From Planctomycetota bacterium (GTDB lineage: Bacteria; Planctomycetota; UBA1135), in the NCBI GenBank assembly GCA_045047305.1, contig JASFYO010000007.1, forward strand, positions 1 through 64,000: a stretch of 64,000 nt of DNA, read 5' to 3'. The position numbers were made by a program, and so were the translations under genes. The notes beneath the pieces were generated by a model that was given only the letters and a program-made list of their open reading frames with translations, did no database searches and was not told the DNA's origin. Below, piece by piece: positions 36,931 through 46,262 of the stretch; the stretch's first letter is position 1, and each line of letters begins with the position of its first letter.

Positions 36931-38249
36931 ACTGCTACTCCACTATCTGCAAACCAACGCCGCCACAAACGCAGAACTAACGGCGCCGTAAATCCTAAAC
37001 CACAGATGGAACCGAGTTCCATACTTTCCAGCCAACGCTCTTCCGTCTCGGCGTCGGGGAATGCTGAGCTGCCATTTAGCCAAGATGCAACGGCTCGGCA
37101 ACCAAGCCGACACGGCGTGCATTGCGAGCAAGACTCTTGCGCAAAAAACTGCATAATGTTGGCCGCTACCTCGCGCGGATTCTTGTCCGCGAAAATAACC
37201 ACCGCCGCGGTTCCAGGAGCGGTGCCGACTTCTTTTAAACCTGCAGAAGAAAGAGGGGTGTCGAGAAGGCTTCCGGGAAGAACACCGGTAGCCGCGCCGC
37301 CGGGAATCCAGCACACAACTTCGGCACCACCTTTGACGCCGCCGCCAAACTGATTTACGAGATCTCTCGCGCTAATGCCAACCGGTGCTTCATAAACACC
37401 GGGAGTGTGGACGTCGCCAGAAAGCGAGTACAAGCGATGCGTTCCGCCCTCGCCGTGGAAATCGCCCGACAACAAACGCTCGGCCCACCAAAAGGTTTCC
37501 ACGTTGTTCATTAAAGTTGGAAGGCCCCACAATCCGGATTGAGTTGGGAAGGGTGGCTTGTGCCGAGGCTGCGGGCGACGGCCTTCCATGCTCTCGAGCA
37601 ATGCGGTTTCCTCACCACAAATGTAGGCGCCGCCTCCGATGCAAATGTCGATTCGGAACGCAAAGCTTGTTTCTTTCGCTGGCGGTATCGGGTCCGAACA
37701 ACGCGGAGTGAGGGGAAAGGAAAGACCTTCGCCAAATGCATGTCCAGTGGCTAATCCACCATGCGCAGTGACCTCGCCCTGTAACCCTTGAGACCCATGC
37801 TCTACAAACCAATCCAAGTCTGAAAGCGCGACATCGTCCAGGCCGGTGTCATGCGGCTTAGCGGGGCGGCCGGCAAAACCAGCCCCTGCCCAAATCGCTC
37901 CAGAGCCTTCGCTTAAAACTCCTGCATTCACTAAGTTAGCGATAGCAAGCTTCAGGCACTCCAGCTGCTCTACGTATTCTGGGCGCAAGTACACGTAACC
38001 GCGCGCCGCTCCCGCGAACTCAGCCGCACGTTGCATGCCACGCAGCACCACCTCAGGATGTTCGCGAAAAAGCCAGCCATCCTTAAAAGTGCCGGGCTCG
38101 CCTTCATCGGCATTGCAAACAATCACTTTGCCGCCACCCGTTTCCGGAGTGCCGACCAGTGGCTCATCCCGTACCGCCTTCCATTTGAAAGCGGCCGGGA
38201 ATCCAGCGCCGCCACAGCCGCGCAGTCCATCAAGACGAGAAAGGTCCAT
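36927..38249 (-). CDS. NuoF/FdsB-like NADH-binding flavin Fe-S subunit, N-terminally minimal with a large insertion
   Basis: LRGCGGAGFP, NADEGEPGTFKD, GAYICGEETALLES.EG, NNVET, SCSQCTPC...SICGLG; TAGGAT 7 nt upstream of ATG 38249; 4-bp overlap with FDH. Confidence 0.88.
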   Translation of the reverse strand: MDLSRLDGLRGCGGAGFPAAFKWKAVRDEPLVGTPETGGGKVIVCNADEGEPGTFKDGWLFREHPEVVLRGMQRAAEFAGAARGYVYLRPEYVEQLECLKLAIANLVNAGVLSEGSGAIWAGAGFAGRPAKPHDTGLDDVALSDLDWFVEHGSQGLQGEVTAHGGLATGHAFGEGLSFPLTPRCSDPIPPAKETSFAFRIDICIGGGAYICGEETALLESMEGRRPQPRHKPPFPTQSGLWGLPTLMNNVETFWWAERLLSGDFHGEGGTHRLYSLSGDVHTPGVYEAPVGISARDLVNQFGGGVKGGAEVVCWIPGGAATGVLPGSLLDTPLSSAGLKEVGTAPGTAAVVIFADKNPREVAANIMQFFAQESCSQCTPCRLGCRAVASWLNGSSAFPDAETEERWLESMELGSICGLGFTAPLVLRLWRRWFADSGVAV

Positions 38250-38390
38250 CACCCCTATCCTAACGTGGTGTGATAGTCTGGCCGACTTATGAGAAAGCAT
38301 CTATGCCTCACCAGTGTCGCTTTTTTCGCGACCATGACTTTGCGAGCAAAATTCTTGGTGACGCCTCTCTAGAAGAAGAGTCATTGCCCC

Positions 38391-40928
38391 ATGTCTCGCC
38401 TTGGATTACTTCTAGTTCTAGCCACCCTCTTTGGTGGTTTAGCCTATTTTTGGATGGGCTCTTCCCCAAGTAAGGCCTCTCGCGTACCAGTTCTCCAGGA
38501 TGCCCCAGAAGTAACCACTCCCCCCGCATCAGGGGAACTGAAAACGCAGCCTCAGGGAAGAGGGGTGACGCTACAGAGAAAAGTGCAGTCCTCGCGCAAT
38601 ACCCTTTCGAGTGAGTCCTTTCGCTTCTTCCAAACAAGCTCCGCTAGGCGTATCCAGATCACCCATGGCGTAACCAAGGAACCTGTTGGCGGGATAGGGC
38701 TTTGGGCGGTCCGCGCAAGAGAGCACAAACTTTCATGGTGTTCTAGTGACGGTTTTTTTGGCCGCGATTACCCTGAATTCCTACGGCGCCATGCCACTAG
38801 TTCTATTTCTACCGCTGATGGCTTCGCCGTGGCGTCGGATTTAGCAAACCGAATCTGGGCACGCGGACCGGGCCTTGCCGGAAACTATGCGCCCCCCAAG
38901 CGCGGCATGTTGAGGAGTGCCGGCTACCTTTCGGTTTTCCCCGTGCAGCAGCCCACGGTTCTCGTTCTGGATGATCAAGGTCGTCCGGTCGAAGATGTAC
39001 GCATTGCCATTCGCAAGAACCGTCACGGCCTAAGCCATCTGGTCGTAGGATGTACTGATGCCTCTGGCCAAGCCGTGCTCCAATTAGATTTAGAGGCGCG
39101 GGAGTTGCTAAAGCAAACCGACTATTACCTTGGTGTCGAGGCTCATGGATTTGAGCCTATCCCATTGGAGCCAAATGCGGAAAGTGGCTCAATCCATGAG
39201 CTCCAAGCAACTCTTCCTTTTGCAAAAAAGCTGCAAGTACAATTCCTGCATCCGGATGGTGGCGCTTGCCAAGAAACGTTAGTAACCCACCTTTACTCAG
39301 GAGAGGCCGAAAATGAAACGGTGAGCGAGGCCGGGTGCACCCAGGGAATGATCACCTTCCCCGCCATCGCCCCCGGAACCAAGCTGCGGCTTGCAGTCAG
39401 TTCTTGGGATCTGCTTATGGGTGCTTCTGAAACCATCTTTGTTCCCACGACTGAGGCAGAAACGGAAAGCGTAACGGTCCAACTTCGTTGGGATAGATTT
39501 GCATTGCGTGGACGCTTGCTACTCCCCGATGGCACTCCTGCTGCAAATCAAATCGCCCACCTCGACGTTGGCGTGGTCGCAAAAGGGAAAATGGAAGCCT
39601 ATCCTTTTCTTTTCACTACGAATTCAAATGGTGAGTTCGTCACCGAATCAACTGACCCCCTTCACGAGAAAGGAAGCCTGGTGTGGGAAGGGCTTCAAAT
39701 TAGGTTAAGGCGTGCAGAAGGCGAGCCTTTGCTTTGTTTTTTGCCACAGGCCTCTGCAAGCAAGCTCGGCATGCATGACCTCGGTGACATCGTGATGCAA
39801 AATCCTGTTCTGTTAGCCGAAGGCACGCTAGTGGATCAATACGGACTGCCCGACACCACATCTCGCCTTGAATTGCATACTGGAGATTTCCGTGGGAACT
39901 ACTCCTATGCCACCACGGGCTCGCGCATTTGGGCTCAAGACGGCGTGTTCCAAATTCATGGGCCTCCGCAACCAGAAAACTCTGGGACCTATACCTTGGT
40001 TGCGAGTGGTCCAGGTGTAGAGGAAACGCGGCTGAAGGTTCGGGTTCCGCAGAAAAACATTTCCATGGTGGTACGCAAAAAAGTCAACCTCTCGGGGACC
40101 ATCGAGCTCGACCCTCCTCTCTCTGCCCAAGGGTTTCGAATTCTAATCAAGCGTGAAAACAATAAGCCGGTAGACCAAGACACAAAGGTTTCCAGGCCAG
40201 CCCTAAACGGCTCCTATTTCATCGAGGATATGAAAGAGGGTGTTTACCTAGTTTCCTTACAGCTCCCATCCGGCGAAACCGTACAAACCTTGGGCCCCAT
40301 AAGCCTGGGCTTTGCTCACGATCCAACCGAACTCCCACCATTCAACCTGCTAGGGATCTTGAGTGGCCACACGCTTTCCGTGTTTCAATCAAACGGGAAA
40401 ACCCTTCACAACGCATGGTACAGAATTGGATACGAGGGGAAAGAAACTCGTATACCAGGAGGCGAAATCACTGCCATCCTCTACCGCAGCCAAACTGAAA
40501 TCACTGTCGGTGCGCCAGGCTTTCGCAGTGCCCTGCTAAGGAACCCTGCTTCCGAAGAGCGTGTGGTCTTGCAAAGTGGAATCCGAATCCACCTGCAAGG
40601 GCCAGGCCATTTAGACCTCGCCCCTGGTTGGCGCCTTGCAGCACGCATGACCCAAGTCATTCACGGCCAGCCCTCTAAATCACACTCGACTGCCCCTTGG
40701 CAAACGGTTGGGGGAATTGAAGGAACGGATTTTCAGCTACCACAATCTGGCACCTACCAGCTTGAACTTAGCTTGCGCGGAGTCAGCAGCTCCAAAAAGA
40801 TTTTATTGGCGATTCCGCTGCCTTTACAAAACGCTGTAGTTTCCGTTGGCCAAAGTAGCAATCAAAGACTCGACTTCCCCCTTACGCCGAACGCCATCCA
40901 GATCGTATTTAGCGAACACCAGCTGTAG
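38391..40928 (+). CDS. membrane-anchored protein with carboxypeptidase-regulatory-like beta repeats
   Basis: N-terminal TM; repeated V.D..G.P....TD..G motifs (VLDDQGRPV..TDASG; LLPDGTPA..TNSNG). Confidence 0.7.
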   Translation: MSRLGLLLVLATLFGGLAYFWMGSSPSKASRVPVLQDAPEVTTPPASGELKTQPQGRGVTLQRKVQSSRNTLSSESFRFFQTSSARRIQITHGVTKEPVGGIGLWAVRAREHKLSWCSSDGFFGRDYPEFLRRHATSSISTADGFAVASDLANRIWARGPGLAGNYAPPKRGMLRSAGYLSVFPVQQPTVLVLDDQGRPVEDVRIAIRKNRHGLSHLVVGCTDASGQAVLQLDLEARELLKQTDYYLGVEAHGFEPIPLEPNAESGSIHELQATLPFAKKLQVQFLHPDGGACQETLVTHLYSGEAENETVSEAGCTQGMITFPAIAPGTKLRLAVSSWDLLMGASETIFVPTTEAETESVTVQLRWDRFALRGRLLLPDGTPAANQIAHLDVGVVAKGKMEAYPFLFTTNSNGEFVTESTDPLHEKGSLVWEGLQIRLRRAEGEPLLCFLPQASASKLGMHDLGDIVMQNPVLLAEGTLVDQYGLPDTTSRLELHTGDFRGNYSYATTGSRIWAQDGVFQIHGPPQPENSGTYTLVASGPGVEETRLKVRVPQKNISMVVRKKVNLSGTIELDPPLSAQGFRILIKRENNKPVDQDTKVSRPALNGSYFIEDMKEGVYLVSLQLPSGETVQTLGPISLGFAHDPTELPPFNLLGILSGHTLSVFQSNGKTLHNAWYRIGYEGKETRIPGGEITAILYRSQTEITVGAPGFRSALLRNPASEERVVLQSGIRIHLQGPGHLDLAPGWRLAARMTQVIHGQPSKSHSTAPWQTVGGIEGTDFQLPQSGTYQLELSLRGVSSSKKILLAIPLPLQNAVVSVGQSSNQRLDFPLTPNAIQIVFSEHQL

Positions 40929-40960
40929 GGAGTTTCCGCTACATGAATTAGGATGTACAC

Positions 40961-41833
40961 ATGCTGAAACTTCGCCTCTTTGTGCTGGCCCTACTCCTTG
41001 CATGCACGCGCATGGACGAGAACAAACTTGGCCTAGAGACTGAAATCTCTCCTGCCCAGCGGATTGTCGTACTCGGGCCATCGACCACAGCAAACCTATT
41101 TGCTATGCAACAAGGGCACCGCATCGTGGGCGTTTCAGACTACTGCATTACCGCAGGTGCAAAAAATATCAAACGGATTGGTGGCCTTGCCGATCCATCG
41201 CTCGAACGCATCATCGGACTGGATCCCGATTTGGTGCTCGCACAGGGAAACATTCCGCGGGTCCAACAACTTTGCGAAAAGTCTGGCATCGCCTACCACG
41301 CCTTTACTACGGACACTCTGCAAGAGTGGAATGAAGAAGTCACCTGGCTTGGGGAGATTCTGCATGCCAAAAAAGATGCGGCGGCTTTACGTGAAAAACT
41401 GAACGATGGCCTAGCTGCGCTCACTAGTGACTCTGCAGAAAGGCCATCCGTGTTGCTGGTGATTTTCCGCAGTGCCGACGAAGCCTCTAAAATTATGGTC
41501 GCCGGAGACCGTGGGTTTCTCGATGAACTACTCACGGCCGCTGGTGGGCGCAATGTACTGGAAGGCAGTGCGCGTGATTATTTTGATCTGAATGAAGAGC
41601 GTTTATTACGCGCAGCCCCAGAATGGATTTTCGAATTCAATACCGACGCAGGGATAGAGGACCGTGAGCGCCTCAACGCCGAAGCCTTGGCTATTTGGCA
41701 ACACGATTTCCCTAGCCTTCCTGCAGTTCAGGCCGGGCGCATCTTCACCTTAACCGGCGAAGACCTACTGATTCCAGGGCCTTCGATGCTCACCACTGCG
41801 GAGCAAATGCAGTATTTACTTAACGCGAGATAA
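40961..41833 (+). CDS. BtuF/Fe-siderophore-type ABC substrate-binding lipoprotein
   Basis: LLLAC lipobox; RIVVLGPSTT, IVGVSDYC, PSLERIIGLDPDLV, PAVQAGRI. Confidence 0.88.
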   Translation: MLKLRLFVLALLLACTRMDENKLGLETEISPAQRIVVLGPSTTANLFAMQQGHRIVGVSDYCITAGAKNIKRIGGLADPSLERIIGLDPDLVLAQGNIPRVQQLCEKSGIAYHAFTTDTLQEWNEEVTWLGEILHAKKDAAALREKLNDGLAALTSDSAERPSVLLVIFRSADEASKIMVAGDRGFLDELLTAAGGRNVLEGSARDYFDLNEERLLRAAPEWIFEFNTDAGIEDRERLNAEALAIWQHDFPSLPAVQAGRIFTLTGEDLLIPGPSMLTTAEQMQYLLNAR

Positions 41834-42659
41834 TCGCGTAACCAGAACCCAATTCCGAGTCGACACCAGGCCCGCTCATTAGCGATCCATCCTCATTAAT
41901 TAAAAGGAAGCGAAAGGCCAAAAAGCTTCCATCGTCGGCGGCGAACACAACATTGTTCATGCGGCCAATCGCGTCGTCATTAAAGACAAAGCTAGCGGCG
42001 CCGGCAGAATAACTATGAACCAGTTTGCCTGTAATAGGGTCAAGGGTTTCGGCAGAAATCAGCACCCCTGCCTCGTCAATCTCAACCGAAGCTAGGCGGA
42101 ACTTAGATGAAGGGTTTACTGCTTCCCCTGTCCAGCTACCTTTTAGAAGGCTGATTGCAAAATGTCCGGGTCCTGTCGACTTGGTCACCGCGAAGGTGCC
42201 AGTGACCGTAGCCCCACTGGCTGGAGAATAGGTATAGGTGCCGGAAATCAGAACCATGGCATCGTCCATTTGGCCACTCAATGCGAGGCGTCCACTCTCC
42301 AAATTCGAATTCAAGGTAGTGCGAAAACGGCCATCCACATCAAACTCGGTAGTGAATCGAGCACTCGCACCATCCCATTCGAGCCCGGTCCCTTCTGCCC
42401 CGCTAGAAACCGTGCCCTGGAAAATAGCCATATAGAAATTCACTGGTGCCGCACCAATCAAATCTGCTTGTAGCATTCCAGTCCAGTCACCGCCGAGATC
42501 TTCTTGGGTGAAAATCAAACTGCCACCGGTGCCACCTCCGCTTCCGGCATCGCCGCCCGTACTGCCGGGGCTTAACGCAGTTCGTGAACAGGAGCATAAA
42601 AGTACAACCGCCAGCAGCGCGGCGAGTCGGGTAAAGCTGGAAAGAAAGGAATGCTTCAT
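41820..42659 (-). CDS. hypothetical lipoprotein, paralogue B
   Basis: LLCSC lipobox, Gly-rich linker; clear similarity to 42754-43620 (GDWTG, STG.GHF, HSYS.GA, SGPGVDSELG). Confidence 0.8.
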   Translation of the reverse strand: MKHSFLSSFTRLAALLAVVLLCSCSRTALSPGSTGGDAGSGGGTGGSLIFTQEDLGGDWTGMLQADLIGAAPVNFYMAIFQGTVSSGAEGTGLEWDGASARFTTEFDVDGRFRTTLNSNLESGRLALSGQMDDAMVLISGTYTYSPASGATVTGTFAVTKSTGPGHFAISLLKGSWTGEAVNPSSKFRLASVEIDEAGVLISAETLDPITGKLVHSYSAGAASFVFNDDAIGRMNNVVFAADDGSFLAFRFLLINEDGSLMSGPGVDSELGSGYAIISR

Positions 42660-42663
42660 GGCC

Positions 42664-42703
42664 AAAAAAAGCGCCGGTTCATCCTTTAGGGATCAACCGG
42701 CGC
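42664..42703 (-). terminator. Rho-independent terminator between the tandem paralogues
   Basis: Minus strand GCGCCGGTT(G)ATCC-loop-GGAT(G)AACCGGCGC followed by T7. Confidence 0.85.
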
Positions 42704-42753
42704 CTCAAGGAGACTCTAGGATAACCGAAATCCTAGATTCCAGGGGACAGAGA

Positions 42754-43620
42754 CTAGCGCGTCAACTCTACGCGGCCAATACCTAGCTCGGAGTCAACTC
42801 CGGGGCCAGAGATTAGTGTGCCGGTATCGTTGATAAGCAAGAAGTCGAAGGCCAAGGTGGAACCATCATCGCTAGTGATCACTACGTTGTTGATACGCCC
42901 AACGGCGTCGTCGATAAGATCCAACGAACCTGCACCAGAGGAGTAGCTGTGTACGATTCGCCCACTATCAGGGTGTATTACTTCTGCCGCAACCACGATG
43001 CCAGTACGATCAAACTCAATGCTTGCGATTCTAAAACGATCGCGGTTGTTCGAACCTTGTCCCTGCCATACGCCTTCGGCAAGACCAATGGTGAAATGAC
43101 CAGCCCCGGTACTGCGGCGCAATTCGAAGGTCCCTTCAAAGAGGGTGCCATCGACGTGAGTGGTGCGCACCATTCCGTTGATCTTGTCCAATGCAACGTT
43201 CATGGTTCCCTCTAAAGACATATCCCCTGCGCCTACCGAAGACGTGATTGCCAAGTCCATGAAGCCTTGCGTGTTAAAATTAAGGAGAGTGATCGCATTG
43301 GATGCGTTCCAATCGCCGCCACCGCCTTCTGCGCTAGATGTAAGCACTCCGTTTGCAACGCGAATGTAAATGTTGCGTTTGATCAGAGCGCGGTTGTTAG
43401 GAATCAACTCGCCGGTCCAGTCTCCATTGAGGTCTCCCATGGAGAATTGAAGGCCAGCGCCGCTGCCATCCGTGCCAGAGCCGGAATCCGTACCAGAGCC
43501 GGAATCGGTACCAGCGCTGCCGCCAGTCGATGTGAGACCGCCTCCTCCACAGGAAGCGAGGGCGCCAACAAACAATGCGAGGGCGAGGCGGGAAAGAGAG
43601 GTTGAAACGTTTTGAAACAT
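42754..43620 (-). CDS. hypothetical lipoprotein, paralogue A
   Basis: LASC lipobox, GTDSGS linker repeats, two-fold internal repeat. Confidence 0.8.
   Translation of the reverse strand: MFQNVSTSLSRLALALFVGALASCGGGGLTSTGGSAGTDSGSGTDSGSGTDGSGAGLQFSMGDLNGDWTGELIPNNRALIKRNIYIRVANGVLTSSAEGGGGDWNASNAITLLNFNTQGFMDLAITSSVGAGDMSLEGTMNVALDKINGMVRTTHVDGTLFEGTFELRRSTGAGHFTIGLAEGVWQGQGSNNRDRFRIASIEFDRTGIVVAAEVIHPDSGRIVHSYSSGAGSLDLIDDAVGRINNVVITSDDGSTLAFDFLLINDTGTLISGPGVDSELGIGRVELTR
43475..43514. repeat. 18-bp tandem repeat (about 2.2 copies) encoding a GTDSGS linker
   Basis: CCAGAGCCGGAATCCGTA / CCAGAGCCGGAATCGGTA / CCAG. Confidence 0.85.
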
Positions 43621-43769
43621 AATTCGGTTGAGCTAGGGTCTCCGAGGAAAACGGTAAGTCGTGTGGCTGTAATGGCTTGTGTTCGTGAGGCACAGGCCGC
43701 CAACATCCAACTTTACCCCGAAAATGAGGTGCTGTAGGGAAAATTGCAGATTCCTGCTAAAGCCCTTAC

Positions 43770-44357
43770 TTAACGACTTGGCGTGAACGCCGCCTCGACT
43801 AGCTCACAAAAGCAATGCCCAAAGAAGAGATGGGCCTCTTGAATGCGCGGCGTATCGGTACTGGGAGCACAAAAGCAAACATCGCAGAGGTCCACTAACG
43901 CACCATTCTTGGCTCCAGTGACTCCAATTATCTTGGCACCACGAGCGCGGGCTGCCTCCACCGCAAGCAGGATGTTCTTACTATTACCGCTGGTGGAAAT
44001 CGCTAAGAATACATCGCCGGGCTTCACATGAGCCCGAATCTGACGCTCAAAGACTTCTTCAGGCGGGTAATCGTTAACCAAAGCAGTGTAGGTGCTCGAG
44101 TTCACCGTGAGCGCATGTACATTCAGCGGCTCGCGCTCCTCCAGGTAGCGCCCTACCAATTCAGCGGCCCAATGCTGAGCATCAGCGGCACTGCCTCCGT
44201 TGCCTGCTAGAAAAACGCCCCCTCCATTCTTTAGACAGTGGATGGCGAGTTCTGCGGCTGCTACCGTCACCGCGACAAAAGTATCATCCAGGGCCGCAAA
44301 AGTACTTTGGGCTTGGGCAAGGCGTTGGCGCAAAAGGGCGTCGGGCGACGTCGGCAT
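43770..44357 (-). CDS. gmhA: D-sedoheptulose 7-phosphate isomerase (SIS domain)
   Basis: GNGGSAADAQH, NDY, ISTSGNS, TPRIQEAH. Confidence 0.92.
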   Translation of the reverse strand: MPTSPDALLRQRLAQAQSTFAALDDTFVAVTVAAAELAIHCLKNGGGVFLAGNGGSAADAQHWAAELVGRYLEEREPLNVHALTVNSSTYTALVNDYPPEEVFERQIRAHVKPGDVFLAISTSGNSKNILLAVEAARARGAKIIGVTGAKNGALVDLCDVCFCAPSTDTPRIQEAHLFFGHCFCELVEAAFTPSR

Positions 44358-44420
44358 GAAAGGTAGTGTACTTCCTCGTCGGAGCTTCCCCGAAAAGCAC
44401 CGGAGGGTCATCATGGTGCG

Positions 44421-45203
44421 GTGAGCCTTCGCGCCACCTCCCTCACGGTCGCTTTTGGACCGAAACCGCAAACGCCGGTCCTGCAGGATCTTGACTTCGA
44501 ACTCGAGCCCGGGCGCTTCGATGTATTGGTGGGCGCAAACGGTGTCGGCAAAAGTACCTTGCTGCGCGCTTTGGCAGGCCTTCAGGCGCTACGGCATGGG
44601 CAAGTCATGCTCGAGGGGCGGGCGCTAAAAGAAATCCCACTTCCCGAGCGCGCCCAGGCGATTGGTTTTTTACCTCAAGAAGTACAACCGGCTTTTGCCT
44701 ACACGGTGAAGCAAGCGGTTGGGCTTGGTGCGCGGGTTGCCGGGCATGGGCATTGGTTCGATACCCATTCAAAACCCGAAGCGGAGCGTGCGGTTCAACA
44801 GGCCCTGGAATTGGTCGACGCCCTGGAATTAGGCGACCGTCGGTTAAGTGAACTGTCTGGAGGCGAACGTCGTCGCGTTCTAATCGCAAGCGTACTGGCA
44901 CAGGAACCGCAGTACTTACTGTTGGATGAGCCGGCCGCCATGTTGGACTTACATCATCAGGCGGAACTATTCCGCATGCTCGCGCGTTTGGCAGAAAACG
45001 GACTCTCGGTTGCTTGCGTGACGCATGACTGGAATCTCGCAGTGGGGTTTGCAGACCGCTTAACCGTACTGAAAGATGGCCAAGTGCTGGCAAGCGGCAC
45101 GCCCAAAGACTTGATGGTGCCAGAAATCCTGCAACAAGTTTACGGCGATTCCTTTGCTCTGTTACAGCATGCAGATGGACGTCCTGTGGTGGTGCCGCGA
45201 TGA
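44421..45203 (+). CDS. Fe/cobalamin ABC transporter ATP-binding protein
   Basis: GANGVGKS, LSGGE, LLLDEP, LDLHHQ, THD. Confidence 0.92.
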   Translation: MSLRATSLTVAFGPKPQTPVLQDLDFELEPGRFDVLVGANGVGKSTLLRALAGLQALRHGQVMLEGRALKEIPLPERAQAIGFLPQEVQPAFAYTVKQAVGLGARVAGHGHWFDTHSKPEAERAVQQALELVDALELGDRRLSELSGGERRRVLIASVLAQEPQYLLLDEPAAMLDLHHQAELFRMLARLAENGLSVACVTHDWNLAVGFADRLTVLKDGQVLASGTPKDLMVPEILQQVYGDSFALLQHADGRPVVVPR

Positions 45204-46198
45204 CACGTCGTCCGAAGCTACTATTGCTGCTGCTTGGAATGTTCTCCTTAGGATGCGCTTTCCTTGCTCCGTTGTTTGGCGCAGAACCGATTGATATGGG
45301 GGTGGCCTTGCGTGAATGGTTCCGTTTCGATTCCAGCGATTGGTCGATGGACGCCCGCATCTTAGATTTGCGCTTGCCCCGCGTCTTGCTTGCTTGGCTG
45401 TCTGGCGGCGCGCTAGCCATTGCTGGCGCAACCATGCAAACCCTACTGCGCAATGGCCTTGCCACTCCCTATACCTTAGGCGTCTCTACCGCAGGAACCT
45501 TTGGCGCATTCCTTTGCCTAGCATTTCCGTCTTTTGCTGGTTGGCTCTTCCTGCCGCGCTTTGTTGCACTCGCCTTTGCGCTACTCGCAACAGGCCTCGT
45601 CTTAGTCGTAGCCCGACGCAGCCCTCGCAGCGACGGCCTAATCCTGGCCGGAGTCACTCTGAACTTTTTGTTTGGTGCTGCACTCATGTTGGTGCGCTAT
45701 CTCGCCGACCCATACCGCTTAGCCGTCCTTGACCGTTGGCTCATGGGTTCGCTCGACGTTGTGGGATTCCAAACTCCCCTAAGCCTCATTCCCTGGCTGG
45801 CCGTTGGCCTTTTCCTTCTGCTTCGCCTAACGCCAGCACTCGACCAACTCGCCTTCGACGTCGAACTCGCAGCCTCTCGAGGGTATGACCCCAAACGAGT
45901 TCAACGCAATGGATTACTCGCAGCCAGTTTGCTTGCAGCTGCGGTGGTGGCTCATACCGGCCCGATTGGCTTCATTGGACTACTTGTTCCCCACGCCTTA
46001 CGCCGTTTCACCGGCATGCGCCACGGCCTCATGCTCCCCGCATGTTGGTTACTTGGCTCTGGCTTCTTGGTTCTCGCCGATCTTTGTGCGCGCTCACTTG
46101 AGCTATTCGGACGCCATAGCGACCTCCCAGTCGGGATTCTCACATCCCTCGTCGGTGGACCGTTTTTCCTTTTGCTCCTAATCCGGGAACGAAACTAG
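45200..46198 (+). CDS. FecCD/BtuC-family permease
   Basis: LRLPR, QTLLRN.LA.PY.LGVS, GPIGFIGLLVPH, PVGILTSLVGGPFF. Confidence 0.93.
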   Translation: MTRRPKLLLLLLGMFSLGCAFLAPLFGAEPIDMGVALREWFRFDSSDWSMDARILDLRLPRVLLAWLSGGALAIAGATMQTLLRNGLATPYTLGVSTAGTFGAFLCLAFPSFAGWLFLPRFVALAFALLATGLVLVVARRSPRSDGLILAGVTLNFLFGAALMLVRYLADPYRLAVLDRWLMGSLDVVGFQTPLSLIPWLAVGLFLLLRLTPALDQLAFDVELAASRGYDPKRVQRNGLLAASLLAAAVVAHTGPIGFIGLLVPHALRRFTGMRHGLMLPACWLLGSGFLVLADLCARSLELFGRHSDLPVGILTSLVGGPFFLLLLIRERN

Positions 46199-46262
46199 GC
46201 CAAGTTTGAGGGGCCGAAATCAGGGTTTCCCAAATAATAGTTTGAGGTACAATACGTGGCTC

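Noticed and set aside
37640..37910. Intein in the NuoF-like insertion (also considered for the parvulin and flavoprotein insertions)
   Set aside because: No terminal His-Asn followed by Cys/Ser/Thr, and too short for a Hint domain
40929..44420. Cobalamin riboswitch for the BtuFCD-like genes
   Set aside because: Upstream gaps are only about 30-65 bp and show no B12-box-like sequence, so the substrate is left unassigned
44605..45465. Long antisense ORFs (also 61110-61892, 33731-34408, 2977-3588, 13751-14338)
   Set aside because: They lie opposite well-supported genes and have no motifs; typical shadow ORFs of GC-rich coding DNA
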